DNA of 64,000 nucleotides from Octopus sinensis (Eukaryota): NCBI RefSeq assembly GCF_006345805.1, contig NC_042997.1, positions 94,860,001 to 94,924,000 of the forward strand, read 5' to 3'. Shown piece by piece: positions 38,490 to 50,656 of this stretch (position 1 is its first letter; each line of letters starts with the position of its first letter). The notes under the pieces were generated by a model. It saw only the letters and a program-made list of their open reading frames with translations, ran no database searches and was not told where the DNA came from. The position numbers and the translations under genes were made by a program.

Positions 38490-39407
38490 ACATACACACA
38501 GAGGAATATAATTGCAGGGAAGATGAGATGTGAATTAACAGAGAGAAATGAGGAAAATATATTAGGACATGAAGAAGAATGATTTACTAAACACCATACG
38601 AGATTAATTGTATTTTTCTTTAAATTATCTTTCATTCAAAAGAATGTCCACGAATTCCAAGTGACAGTTGCGGCCTACCTTGAATGACAAGCACTGATAG
38701 TATCAAGGTTGAATCAATTTTTCAGTATTTTAAAGCCATTACAGAAAAGAGAGTCTACGTTATTTATTTTTCCTTGGATAGAAGAGGCAAGTTGAGAAAA
38801 CGTGTTTCTGCATTAATTCAAAGCACCATTAGAGCGGCAATTCTCTGACCTTATTTTAGCAGTAACCAAACAAAACACATGAACATACACAAAGAAAGTG
38901 GAAATCGTTTATGGCCTGGGTATCTAATTATCTGCGTGTGAGTAAGTGTGTTCTAGTTTTATCTTTGTTATCACGTACATTTTTGTTCCAATTTGAATAT
39001 AGGTTTCCCTTAGTTTGTTTGGAAGCCTACAATTTCCAACTCCATTGTCAATATTTTCAGGACTCCCATTCTTATTTTCAACACGAAGTAATGATATTAT
39101 GTGTTCGAGACCTAACCAACTCGTCCTTTTGTTTTGTCATGATACAGCTTATGTAAAATGGCTTCAGAGATTGTGTTTTTTTTAGATCGTATATAGTGGT
39201 TTTAGGCTTGTATGCTCTCGTGAGTAAACGCAAATGTCTATTCATTGACCTGTTAAATGCCAACTATTCTAATCTATTGTGTTCATACTCCTGTTTTTGT
39301 AGTTGTTATGATAAAAAAAAGAAGCGAGATTAGTGACCCAGCTATTAATAATATTACAATTTGCCACATTCTAGAGACTTCCAGTGAATGTTGATTTCGA
39401 TGGTGAC

Positions 39408-40260
39408 GGCAAGCTGGCAGAATCGTTTGCACGCTGAACAAAATGCTTAGCTGAATTCCATCCACTTTAAACATGATGAGTTAAAATTCCTCCGGGTCAA
39501 CTTTACCTTTCATTCTTTCCGGATTGATAAACTAAGTACCAGTTGATAAGTAGGATCGATGAATTCGACTATCCTCCCTCCCACGAACTTGTTGGTCCTA
39601 TGCCAAAATTTGAAACCAATATTTATTTCGATGGTATATTTACATTTCAATACGCTATCACCCTGTATAATTATGTCGACTACACTGGCACAGTAACAGC
39701 TTGAATACGTACATTAAAGATACTATTAATTCCAGTAAAGCGGCTAGCTGGCAAACTACTTACGATATTTCGTCTATCTTTATGTTCTTAGTTCAAATTC
39801 TGCCGAGGTCGACTTTGCCTTTCTTTCCGGGTCCATAAAATACGTACCAGTTCATCACTGGAATCGATGAAATCGACTTAATCCATCACCCGAATATACT
39901 GGACTTGAGCCAAAATTTGAAATCAATATTATCAATTTCAGTTTTGTCAGACGGCCTGAAAATTTGAGAGAGGAAATTAGTCAAGTACACCAACCCCAGT
40001 GATCAGCTGCTAATTATTTTATTCATTCCGGAAGGATGAAATGCAAAGTCGACCTCTGAGGTTATTAAAATCAGAAGGTAAAGCCGGAAAATATATCGCT
40101 ATGCATTTTCTCCGATGTGCTAACAATTCTACCGCCTACTACAACTAATGAATTCAAATTTTGGCACAAGGCCAACGATTTTAAGGAGAGTGGGTTAGTC
40201 GATTACTTCGAACTCATTACGTCAATAATATCTTATTTTACCGAACTCGTAAGAATGAAA
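39408..40260. mobile_element. Cluster of four diverged SINE A copies in mixed orientation
   Basis: Repeated family A head, core and aaatttgaaa(c/t)caat tail motifs. Confidence 0.7.
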
Positions 40261-40382
40261 GCCACATTTGACATCCACGGGATTCGTGTTGGAGAATGCC
40301 GCTAATACTCTAGAAAAACCCAATTTGAATTTCCTAAACCAGACAAGTCGATAAATCCATATATTCAATGCATGAACTCACT

Positions 40383-40840
40383 CATTCTTTTACTTGTTTC
40401 AGTCATTTGAAGACCAGTACCAGCGTCGAAGAAGAGTAGATGGACAACGAATGGGAAACAGCTAGGAAGTGAAGAGAGAAAAAAGCACACCCTGTAAAGG
40501 ACAACCCCCATCACACACCCACCCAGCTCCTACCCACATCCACTTTACCCCAACCACGCCCTACAGACACCAGCCCTCTCTATACTTAGCCTGACATAAA
40601 CAAATCGACCCTAAGACTTATTCTTTGTAAGCCTAGTACTTATTGTATCGGTCTCTTTTACCGAACCGCTAGTAACGGGGACGTAATCACACTAACGCCG
40701 TTTGTCAAGCGATAGTGGGAGGGCAAACACAGATACACAAATATATACATGTATATATACGACGGTTTCTTTCAGTTTCCGTCTATCAAATCCACTCACA
40801 AGGCTTTGGTCGGCCTAAGGTTATAATACAAGACCCTTGC
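40383..40840 (-). mobile_element. SINE family B, interrupted; head lies at 44136-44172
   Basis: Tail and body run to agacccttgc at 40840. The head (ggaagcaaacttcttaccacgcagtcactcctgcacc) resumes after the two ORF1-only units. Confidence 0.75.
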
Positions 40841-42530
40841 CTTACATAGAGGGGTCAGTACAAGATGGGGAGAAAAAAAAAACTACAAAACGAATGAAAA
40901 GAATGAATTAATATAGTGAAAGATGAAATGAAGCCGTTCGGCCCCACCCACCAGGCGACTTCATTGAACCTGTAAATATAAAAAATTTTAAACAATAGTT
41001 TATTACACAAATATTAGTGACAGCTAATTATCATTCATCCGAAGATATTTACATCATGCTTATATGAAATATCATAAACACTTTCTTTTTTAGGTGGTGA
41101 GCTGGTGTCCAGTTTCTTGACCCAGCACTCATAGTCACGATTTTCCTCAAAGTCCTTTAATCTCGATGTGTATGCTGGGTCTGCCGCTACGCAAATAAGG
41201 TACACGGGTATCCCTTTTACTCCTGATACATCCACCTTTATGATTCTCTCCCACTAGTCTATTTGATTATACACTTCTTCATTTAGACCACTGTACACTA
41301 TAACACATTTTCCCCGGGCGAGGTTGGGGAAATTAGAGGCTCTTGTGTGTTTATGCTTGTGTTTATGTCAGGCTGAGTATAGAGAGGGCTGGTGTCTGTA
41401 GGGCGGGTTGGGGTAAAGTGGATGTGGGTAGGAGCTGGGTGGGTGTGGGATGGGGGTTGTCCTTTACAGGGTGTGCCTTTTTTCTCTCTTCACTTCCTAG
41501 CTGTTTCCCATTCGTTGTCCATCTACTCTTCTTCGACGCTGGTACTGGTCTTTATCTGCGGTGCAACTTCACTCTCCTTTTCTTCAACCTCCACAAGTAG
41601 TGACGCACCAGCTACATTCTCATTCTCTTGTCTCTCTTCATCCTTCTCAAGTTGTGGAGGGCAATCCGTTGTAATGTGGCCTTTTAGGCCACACTTATAC
41701 CACCGCGGAATCCTCCCTTCCACTCTGACTTTCAATGTTGCCTCTCCGAATGTGATGGTCTCGACCATCTTTTCAATATCTTGTTCGGCAACGTGCAGCA
41801 CCATATCAAGGCTTTGTTCTTGCCAGTTCCTGTGGGGTGTTCTGGTGGCTTGGAGGACCACCACCGTCTCCTCCATGCCTAGCAGTAAGGCAGCTACCAG
41901 CCAGGCTACATTCACTTCAGGGGCTATTTCTTCTACCCTAACCCTGGAAGCACGTCTCCCAAGGTATTCGGGTAGCATAACCACTTCATCAGTTCTCAGC
42001 GGTGTTGCTGAGTGCAACCTAGTGATAGCTACCTCCCAAAACCGCACACCACTGTTTCAAAGTTTTTACCTCTAGTGAGGTAGGTAATATCCCTGCGAGA
42101 TTAGTTTGAGCGCCTTTTCCACTTGAGCCGTTGGCATAACTTCAATTTTCCTGGCTGCTATCGAGTTTGTTCTATAAATTACAATTTTCTCATTTATCTC
42201 CTTCAAGACTTCTTTGGGGTAGAAAACTTTCACGTTGTTCCCCCTTTTTTAAGTGTTTCCTTGAACGTGCTCAGCTCCTCCGGGTTTATTTCTTCAACTT
42301 TTTCTTCTCTCGCCGCCGCTGCCTAAGTCTTCATCTCTATTTCCTTGTCCATCTTGTTCAAGCACTCAAACAATTTCTCCACAAACGAATCATATTCTAA
42401 GGAAGGACGCCCCTCCATCACAAGAGGAAAAACGTCGCACAGCCAAAAACACACGCACAATCAAAAAACACGCACAGCTAAAAAGAATAATACGCCCCTC
42501 TCGTACACTCCAAATGAATCCTGGGAAACC
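40841..42530 (-). mobile_element. ORF1/gag-only non-autonomous retroelement, unit 1 (L1/Tx1-type ORF1-like, HAL1-like organisation)
   Basis: Disrupted single ORF from ATG 42418 (MEGRPS…) to 41035 with an RRM-like region and zinc knuckle VRVEGRIPRWYKCGLKGHITTDCP. It is followed by a short 3' UTR with no endonuclease or RT. Confidence 0.75.
41035..42418 (-). pseudogene. ORF1-like nucleic-acid-binding protein with CCHC knuckle (first Cys changed to Trp), frameshifted
   Basis: ORF-track pieces 41523..42047 and 41035..41235, plus a hand-translated N-terminus. Confidence 0.7.
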
Positions 42531-42570
42531 GGAAGCAAGCTTCTCTATTTCATGAAATTGGTCATGAAAA

Positions 42571-44135
42571 CCTTACATAGAGGAGACAGCACAAGGTTGG
42601 GACAAAAAATACAAAACGAATGTAATGAATCAATTTAAGTGTAATGAAAGATGAAATGAAGCCGTTCGGTCCCACCATTCAGTCCCACTTCACTGAATGT
42701 GTTAATGCAACCATTTTCTCTCTTTTTTAAAACAAAAGACATTAATTTACATTAGTATTCAAAGTACTTTTGTCACTGCTAGTTTCCACTTCTTTGGAAA
42801 ACGTCTATCTCAAGTTCCTTTAAAGTATATGCATAACTTACCCTTTTCGGTATTTTTCTGGTGTCCATTTTCGTAAACTACCAGTCAAAATCAATTTCTT
42901 CCTCGTAATTCGTTAATCTCGAGAGGTATTCCGGGTCCGCTACTGCACAGCAAACGTCCTCGGGTAACTCCCCTACTCTTGTTACTTACTCTTCTATTGC
43001 TTTGTCCCATGTCTTTATCTCGTTGCAAAGTTCTCCTTTTTCCTGTTATCGAAATGCTGGCGTCGGGAAATTTGAGGCTCCTGTGTGTTTTCGCTTTTGT
43101 TTATGTCATAGGGAGGTACGGTGCATATAGGGAGTGGTTGGGTAGAGTGAGTGTGGGTGGGAGCCGGGTGGATGCGGGTTTGGGTTCGTCTTTTACCACG
43201 TGTCTGCTTTCTCCTCTTCCTTCTCTTTTTTTTCTGCCGTTTCCAAACTTGTATTCAACTCCTCTTCCTCAACGCTGGTAAATGTTCTCGTCTGTAGTGC
43301 CATTTCAGTCTCACGCTTCTCCTCAGCCTCCACGGGCAGTGGAGTGTCAACTACTTTCTCAGGGACTTGCCTTTCCTTAGCCTTCACAGATTATTAAGGA
43401 CAATTCACTCTAATATGACGTTTCAGGCCACATTTATAGCACCGCGGAATCCTCCCTTCCACTCTGACATTCAGCGTCACTTCTGCGACCGTGATTTTTT
43501 CAACCATACTTTCAATATCTTCTGGGTTAATCTGTACCACCATATCCAGACTCTATCCTAGCCAGTTTCTGTAGGGTGCCCTTGTGACCTACAGTAGCAC
43601 CAACCTTTCTTCCATGCCCAGCAGTATGGCAACCACCAGCCAGGCTACATTCACTTCTGGTGGTCTAATTTCTACCCGAACCCTGGAAGCACGTCTCCCA
43701 AGGAATATGGGTAGAAGTACTACTTCCTCGGTGTTTAATGATGTGGCTGAGTGCAATCTGGCGGAAGCTCTCTCACGAAACTGCACTTCCACCTTTCCGT
43801 ACATTCTTCCCCTGTCAAGGTAGGATATCTCTTGCCAGACTGGCCTCAATACCTTTTCGACTTGTGCCTCCGACACCACTTATATCTTCAAATTTTCTCT
43901 TTGCCGCTTCATCGTAATTCCTTGTTTCTATTGCTGCGCCAATCTTGTTCAAACATTTCACTATTTCTTCCTCAGACGACACAAATTCTGGAGAAGAAGA
44001 ATTTAAATCCTTACAACTCATCACACGACGCCCCTCCATTAAACAAAAGGGAAAACATTGTACTACCTAGACAACCAAAAAACGCACGTGTGTTATTCAC
44101 AAAGACAGTAGTCGAACTAAACAAAACGCTATACC
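42571..44135 (-). mobile_element. ORF1/gag-only element, unit 2 (diverged paralogue)
   Basis: ATG 44039 (MEGRRV…), GRRASRVRVE…PEVNVAWLV, VRVEGRIPRCYKCGLKRH..NCP and C-terminal ADPEYLSRL ending at 42779. Its 3' ~120 nt is homologous to unit 1. Confidence 0.75.
42779..44039 (-). pseudogene. ORF1-like CCHC protein, unit 2, with stops and frameshifts
   Basis: ORF-track pieces 43815..44039, 43589..43879 and 43193..43387, plus a hand-translated C-terminus. Confidence 0.7.
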
Positions 44136-44694
44136 GGAAGCAAACTTCTTACCACGCAGTCACTCCTGCACCTATGTACTTATGTACTAAAATGCGTAAA
44201 CAGATACGTGTATACTAATGTGAAACGAATATCCACAACACAAATACAAGTTATCTAAGAGAACAAACATGCACATATCAACCAATTCAGACGAATGCAA
44301 ACCCTCAACACCTGTCATAAATGAAACAAGAAAGCCTTCCTACTTGATTTGTGGCCAGCTTGAATTCTCTAAATAATAATAATAAACCTGTGTAAATCCT
44401 AAAACAAATACATGCATATATACATTGCGTATTTACAGGTTGGGCAAAAATTACTTAATATGAGTGGAGTGTTCTTTTCTCTGAACTTAGGAGTAATTAT
44501 TTTATTATAAAAAAAATTAGTTAACAAGAACACAGAATTATAGAAATCTTATTCTAAGAAAGAAACAGACAAATAGAAAAACATTCCACTGATAATAAGT
44601 TACTGTGTACCTACATTTGGCTTCCCCTCTGTGTGTTTGTGTGTAGGGGGGGTTACTGTGCCTGTTTATGCTATTAGTTTCTAAATATCAGTTT

Positions 44695-44888
44695 CAAATT
44701 TTGGCAAGACGTTAGCATTTCCAGGCAGGAGGTAAGTCGACTACATTCGACCCCAGTGCTCAACTGCTACTTATTTCATCGACCCCGAAAGTTGAAGCCG
44801 ACCTCGGAACGTAGAGAACTCCGAACGTAAAGACGGAAGAAATTCCGCTAAGCGTTTTGCCCGGTGTGCTAATGAGTCTGCCAGCTCG
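44695..44888 (-). mobile_element. SINE family A variant
   Basis: gtcgactacattcgaccccagtgctcaactgctacttatttcatcgaccccgaaag…ctgccagctcg. Confidence 0.8.
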
Positions 44889-46067
44889 TTGCTCACAGTT
44901 CCTAAAGATTAAATTATAAATGCTATTTTGGTAAACGATCTTGCGCTATAGATATTTAGGTAAATTATCGAAGCATATACCATTTCATCCTCTATTTTAC
45001 TGTTTTAATTGGATCGCAGACATGGTAAGGTACATCTTACAATTGTACTGTTGATTATGTGGATGCCTCCTGCTTGACTGACATTCATTTTATCGACTGT
45101 TGAAGAGTAAAAGAAAATGTCGACATGGGTTGGACGTTATTAAATACCACACGGTAGCTTTCCATACCCTACTGATTCTTCCATCAACTCTCCTTCCATA
45201 ATAGCTCTACGAAAATGAATGCTAATACAACGCGTGTGACGTTGCTTGTGTTTGGCAAGTGTGAAAGTATATGTTTATTTATAATACATGCTTTTATATG
45301 ATTTCCTTTGCAAACAAATTGTTATTGCATTTACGAAGGCGGCAAACTGGCATAAATATTTACAGCATTGGATAGAATGCTTGCTGGTATCAATATTGGC
45401 TTTATGCACTCTGAGTTCAAATTACACTGAAGGCAATTTTAGCCTTCATCATTTTGGGAGTAATAAATGAAGTACGTGTCTAGTGTGGGGTTGAGCCATT
45501 TCTCTCTCACCCTCTCCCATACATCTCTATCTCTCTCTTCCCTCTCGCTCTCTCTTTATATATATAGTGAACTGGTAATTCATATGTCTCTGTAAGTCAC
45601 CTTGCGTCACATCAATTCTCCGTTAAGGTAACACGTGGTCTGTGAAATACGTAGCTGTTGACAAATTACTTTAACAAATAAGAATCTAGTTCATCGAATA
45701 ACTAAATGTTCATCGTTGACACCGACGGAGAATCCGCCAATCTGATAATACGTTCACTTAGTCACTTGGCAAATGATGCAAATATCATTATTATTAATGG
45801 TGGAGGGAGTTTGTAATCGACGAAGCTGCGATATTATATCATTTTACGCACTTCCGCGTTGTGTCTGCTGCTGCTGTAATTGACAAGACAAATATCAGAA
45901 TCACTAGAAAGTAGGTTAAGTGGCAGACATATATCGTGTTAGTAAGATGTTCGCAAACCAGATTTGCGAGTCACTTTCGATTTCCAGTTAGAATCGCTAC
46001 ACTGCAAGATATTTTTCATTTCCTTTGAGGAATTTTACAATTTAAAATTCTCTCTCTCTCTCTCTCT

Positions 46068-46139
<72 letters not shown>

Positions 46140-46202
46140 TATAAATATATATATATACACACACACATACACACATATATATATATATACATACATGCAC
46201 AC

Positions 46203-46240
<38 letters not shown>

Positions 46241-46261
46241 ACACCACACACACACACACAT

Positions 46262-46314
<53 letters not shown>

Positions 46315-47730
46315 GACAATTTGTTAGTAATTTTAATTAATTTACCTGAAGATGAAAGCGGTATTTAAATCGGCAGTATTAATAGATTATTGCATGTCAT
46401 TCGGTAAAGCAGAAATACATATTTTATTAGTTAATTCAGTTGTAGGACTTTATATTAATATACTTGGTATCAGAACACAACAAGTATTCTGATATGTGAT
46501 TCTTACTAGCTGTTGAACACAATAAAAAAAATCTAGAAGAAATGGTTTAAGGTTCTTGTGGAAACATTCGCTTTGGCGTTGTACAGTAATTTTGCAAATT
46601 ATCTTCATTAATCGAAATCTCTGTATAAATATCTGTTCTACATTTAGATGGGACAATACGGCTCGTAATGGAGAGCGCCTTTATTCATTTGAAGAAAATA
46701 TGGAAGCGACGATCCTCATTCTCCTCCTCCTCCTCCATCATCATTGTGTTCTTATTGCTTTATAACTGAACCCGTCTGAGAATCTTTTATTATATGGTTC
46801 CGTTTCGTAACAGACTGTGTTTACGTACAGTTTTGTTCCTTTTGTATTATACCGCCAAGGTCATGAATTGAGATTTAAGGGCGATGTACTAAGAAAAAAG
46901 ATTTACGCAATTTTCCTTAAACCAAAATTATACCAGGATGCGTCCTTACACAATTTGAAATTCTTAAGTGTTGGGTGGCAGAAAAGTCTGATCTTTTGTC
47001 TTTGGCTGCCAATTTTCAATCTCTTCATTTACTATGCTAATTGATTTCTTATTCAGTGTAATGTTAGGGGTTTATATGCTAATCACTGCCTTGTATTCGT
47101 TTTCGCAATAAATTTATATATAGAGAGTTATTAGCTATTAAAGTTGAAAATTTGGGGTAATTTTAGCCAATCGTAAGCCATAGACACATTCATACTTGTT
47201 TCCATAGTAATAAACCAAGCATGAGAACTCTTTTGTCTGCGAGAAAGCACGTGTTGACAAATATATTCTACTCACTGAGGTGATTGTCAGACGTGCTAAA
47301 AGTAGCAGCTAGATAGGCCTTAAATCACGCACCAAAAAATAATTCGATTATTTTTGGATAATTGTATGAATTCCCACGTATAGAATACAAATTCGTAAAA
47401 TTTTTCTAAAAATTCCAAAAAATTACGAGGTGTTATATGGCGTGTCAAAGCAGAATTTCATTTGTTCACAGTTGACAACACATGCTGTCACGAGCAAATG
47501 ACAGCTTTCAAATCTTATTTACACATGTGTGAAAAGGATCAAACTTTAAACCTCTTTAAATTTTTCAAAAGACTTTTCTGGTAAAAGTGAAATATCTGCA
47601 AAAAATTCAGCTTCAAAAACTATATTAATGTACCAAATTCTAAAATTTTCAATAAACTTTGAAGTTTCGATTATTAGTAGCGAAACTGAACAGATCAGAA
47701 AAGCCTGTTGCCAGACATAATGACTCGTAA

Positions 47731-48251
47731 TACTTAGTTAAATACCTATTTCTTTACTACCCACAGGAATCTAAACACAGAGGGGACAAACAAGGACAGA
47801 CAAACGGATTAAGTCGATTATATCGATCCTAGTGCGTAACTGGTACTTAATTTATCGACCCCTAAAGGATGAAAAACAAAGTCGACCTCGGCGGAATTTG
47901 AACTCAGAGCGCAGCGGCGGACGAAATACCGCAAAGCACTTCGCCTGGCGTACTAACGTTTCTGCCAGCTCGCCGCCTTTTTTACTAAGTTAAATACCTA
48001 TTGCTTTATTACCCACAAGGGGCTAAACACAGAGGGGACAAACAAGGACAGACATAGGTATTAAGTCGATTACATCGACCCCAGTGCGTAACTGGTACTT
48101 AATTTATCGACCCCTAAAGGATGAAAAACAAAGTCAACCTCGGCGGAATTTGAACTCAGAACGCAGCGGCGGACGAAATACCGCAAAGCACTTCGCCTGG
48201 CTTGCTAACGTTTCTGCCAGCTCGCCGCCTTTTTTACTTAGTTAAATACCT
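47731..48251 (-). mobile_element. Head-to-tail dimer of full-length SINE A with three copies of a 17-bp target duplication
   Basis: tact(t/a)agttaaatacct at 47731, 47983 and 48235; period 252 bp. Confidence 0.9.
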
Positions 48252-50584
48252 TTACGTTCTGAATACTAGCAAAGATTTGAACTTTATCAGTCATATATTT
48301 GGTACAGATTAAATATACGTTTATATTCTAATAATTTATTTCGTGAGACTAGAGTTTTGCATACAACACAAGGATTTCAATGATAATTTAGGGAAGGGTA
48401 CCAATTCCTTACAGATTTGGGACTTTGTTGAAAAATTGTAAATAGTGCATCCTATATTTTGAGAGGGTAATGTTTTTTTAAGATACATCGGTTTTGCTTT
48501 CTGAGGGGTTCGGTTTATTGTTTCTAGTATCATTTTTAGTATTTCATTTGTGAGTTATTTAGAATATGTACTTGCAACTGTGTTGTATTATTGGATGATG
48601 AGAAAGAGAATGACACTTATGAAAACAATTAACTGTCTCTCTTCAGAAAATAACAAAAGCAAAACAATGATATCTCTCCAGGGTACTCCTATCACAACCC
48701 AATCTCAGAACAACAACTATTCCTCCTTAAATTTATGATCAAAATAGTGAAATGAAATTTACAACCCTCTCTTTGAAACATTAAAACGTAAGTAGTGCAG
48801 CAGGCAATATCTGACGAAGACATGAACAAATAGATAAGAGGATGGAAACAATAAAAATATAAAAATAACATATTTTTTATCGTTAGATATTTCAAAATGT
48901 GCACCTTAAAAATGCAAGTTGTTTCTTAGAGCAGCACACGCAGAAACTGTTTATGCACGCATTTGGTTGTATGAAAGAGCAGTATGAGCAATGGTGGATG
49001 AGTAGAGAAATGTGCTTGAACTTAACCATACATATGGATTTTCATTGGTGTGTGGTGTGTGAGAAACTACCCACATATTTGTACATAGATTTTAAGTGTC
49101 ATATGAACGATGGAGTTTTTAGGTGTTTTATGAATTATGTCATGTAGTTTTGTGTCCTGCAGCAATTGTGCTTAATGTGTAGTGTGTAGGCTGCGTTACA
49201 TATTGGATGGAAATTCTCAATTTGTGTTGAGTTAGTTATTGATCGTGTGGGATATGCTAATATCTATTCAGTAATCCTAATTGTTATTGCATGGTCTCAC
49301 AACATTACAGTGTGTAACTCTCTCTGTCTTGGATGTTTGCAGTATTCTACTTTTGTATATTGAACTAGATTCAGAATATTTTGTGTAATACGAACTGATT
49401 GTTCGGAATTTCTTCCGGCTCTTTACGTCTTGAGTTCAGATGCCGCCGAGAACGTCCTCTCCTTTCATCCTTTCGCGACCGATAAAATGAGTATCGCTCA
49501 GATAGTGAGAATGAAGTAATCAACCAGCTCGCCACGAAATTGTGCCAACAGTAGAGGGTGGCCGATACGATGAATTTTTAATTTTTTCCGACAAAATGCC
49601 CTGGTGGTAATTTAGGTATAACCCTTACGTTATAAGGTCAACTCTGTCGTTTATGTTTAACTGGTACTTTATTTTATAGAGAACGTTGCATAAGGGGGTG
49701 GGGGTAAAGGCAAAGTTATCAACAGCAGGATTCGAACACAAAATGTAAAGAGTCGGAACAAATAATTCACTGAAATATATTTCGTAATTTCATCAAAACT
49801 CCTACTAATAAAAGAAAAATAAGATTTTGATAAAATTTAAACCCATATTGTAAAAGGACATAAGTAGATGCAGCTATCGGCATTCTAAAACTTCTGATTT
49901 TTCATATCCCTATGGTAATAAAATAATGATTTCTTGGTAATAAAATGATGACTTCTTGAGTAGGGACCATGTCAAGTAATTTCGAAAGATTAAATCGATT
50001 CCGACCCACCAATTACTATACGGTAAATTATATATATATGTATTTGACATCCCATCACTTAGAAATAAGGAAAAAAAAAAGTTAACCCTGTCAGGGGCCC
50101 CGAACGCGAACGATATCAATTAAATACCTGACTGTATTTTGTACGTTACTCTTTCGTTTAGATTACACTTGTTTTGCAAAAAATTTGACCTGAAACCGTA
50201 TGTTGAATCTAATACTGTTATATTTGGAAAAAAGTAATAATTGATAAAACCAATAATCACACAAACAGGACTTGCTTGCCAATATATCACTTATTTATTG
50301 TTTTGCAAATGAGCTGCATATTTGTTTATGTCCTCCATAATTATTCTTCGTTGCACCAAAATACACCCATTGATAAAGATACAGATCGATGCATAGACTA
50401 TCAAGAAACAATGAGTGTGTTTCTGGGATTTATCAATTAAAACTCTTTCCAAATACAATAAAATTACAATAGTGAGTCTCCAAACGATCTTGACATTCCT
50501 TTTAATTATTTTTGGATGCGAGTATCACTGAGTTGCTACCGTGTTTGATTTTGTGGAGTGATATTTTGGTCAAGTATTATTTAC

Positions 50585-50656
50585 GATAACTTTCTGAAAG
50601 ACCAATGGAAATTCGGTTGACAAGAACTATGTAAAAGCCAACCAGCTGTAATGTAC
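50585..50656 (-). CDS. Candidate 72-nt internal exon, phase 1-1 ((G)TLQLVGFYIVLVNRISIGLSESY)
   Basis: Acceptor attcatttcaattacag, donor C|GTAAAT, symmetric phase and a hydrophobic peptide. No homology recognised. Confidence 0.25.

Noticed and set aside
40915-40970. HDV-like or hammerhead reading of the 3' stem-loop of the ORF1-only units (CUG..GGUGGGRCC-GAAC)
   Set aside because: Too few nucleotides for the HDV P1/P3/P4 fold, and it lacks G8A9, GAAA and a third stem for a hammerhead.
44430-44620. Possible mariner-like TIR (tacaggttgggcaaaaatt) and a piggyBac-like end (ttaaccct at ~50082)
   Set aside because: No matching partner TIR, TSD or transposase remnant was found.
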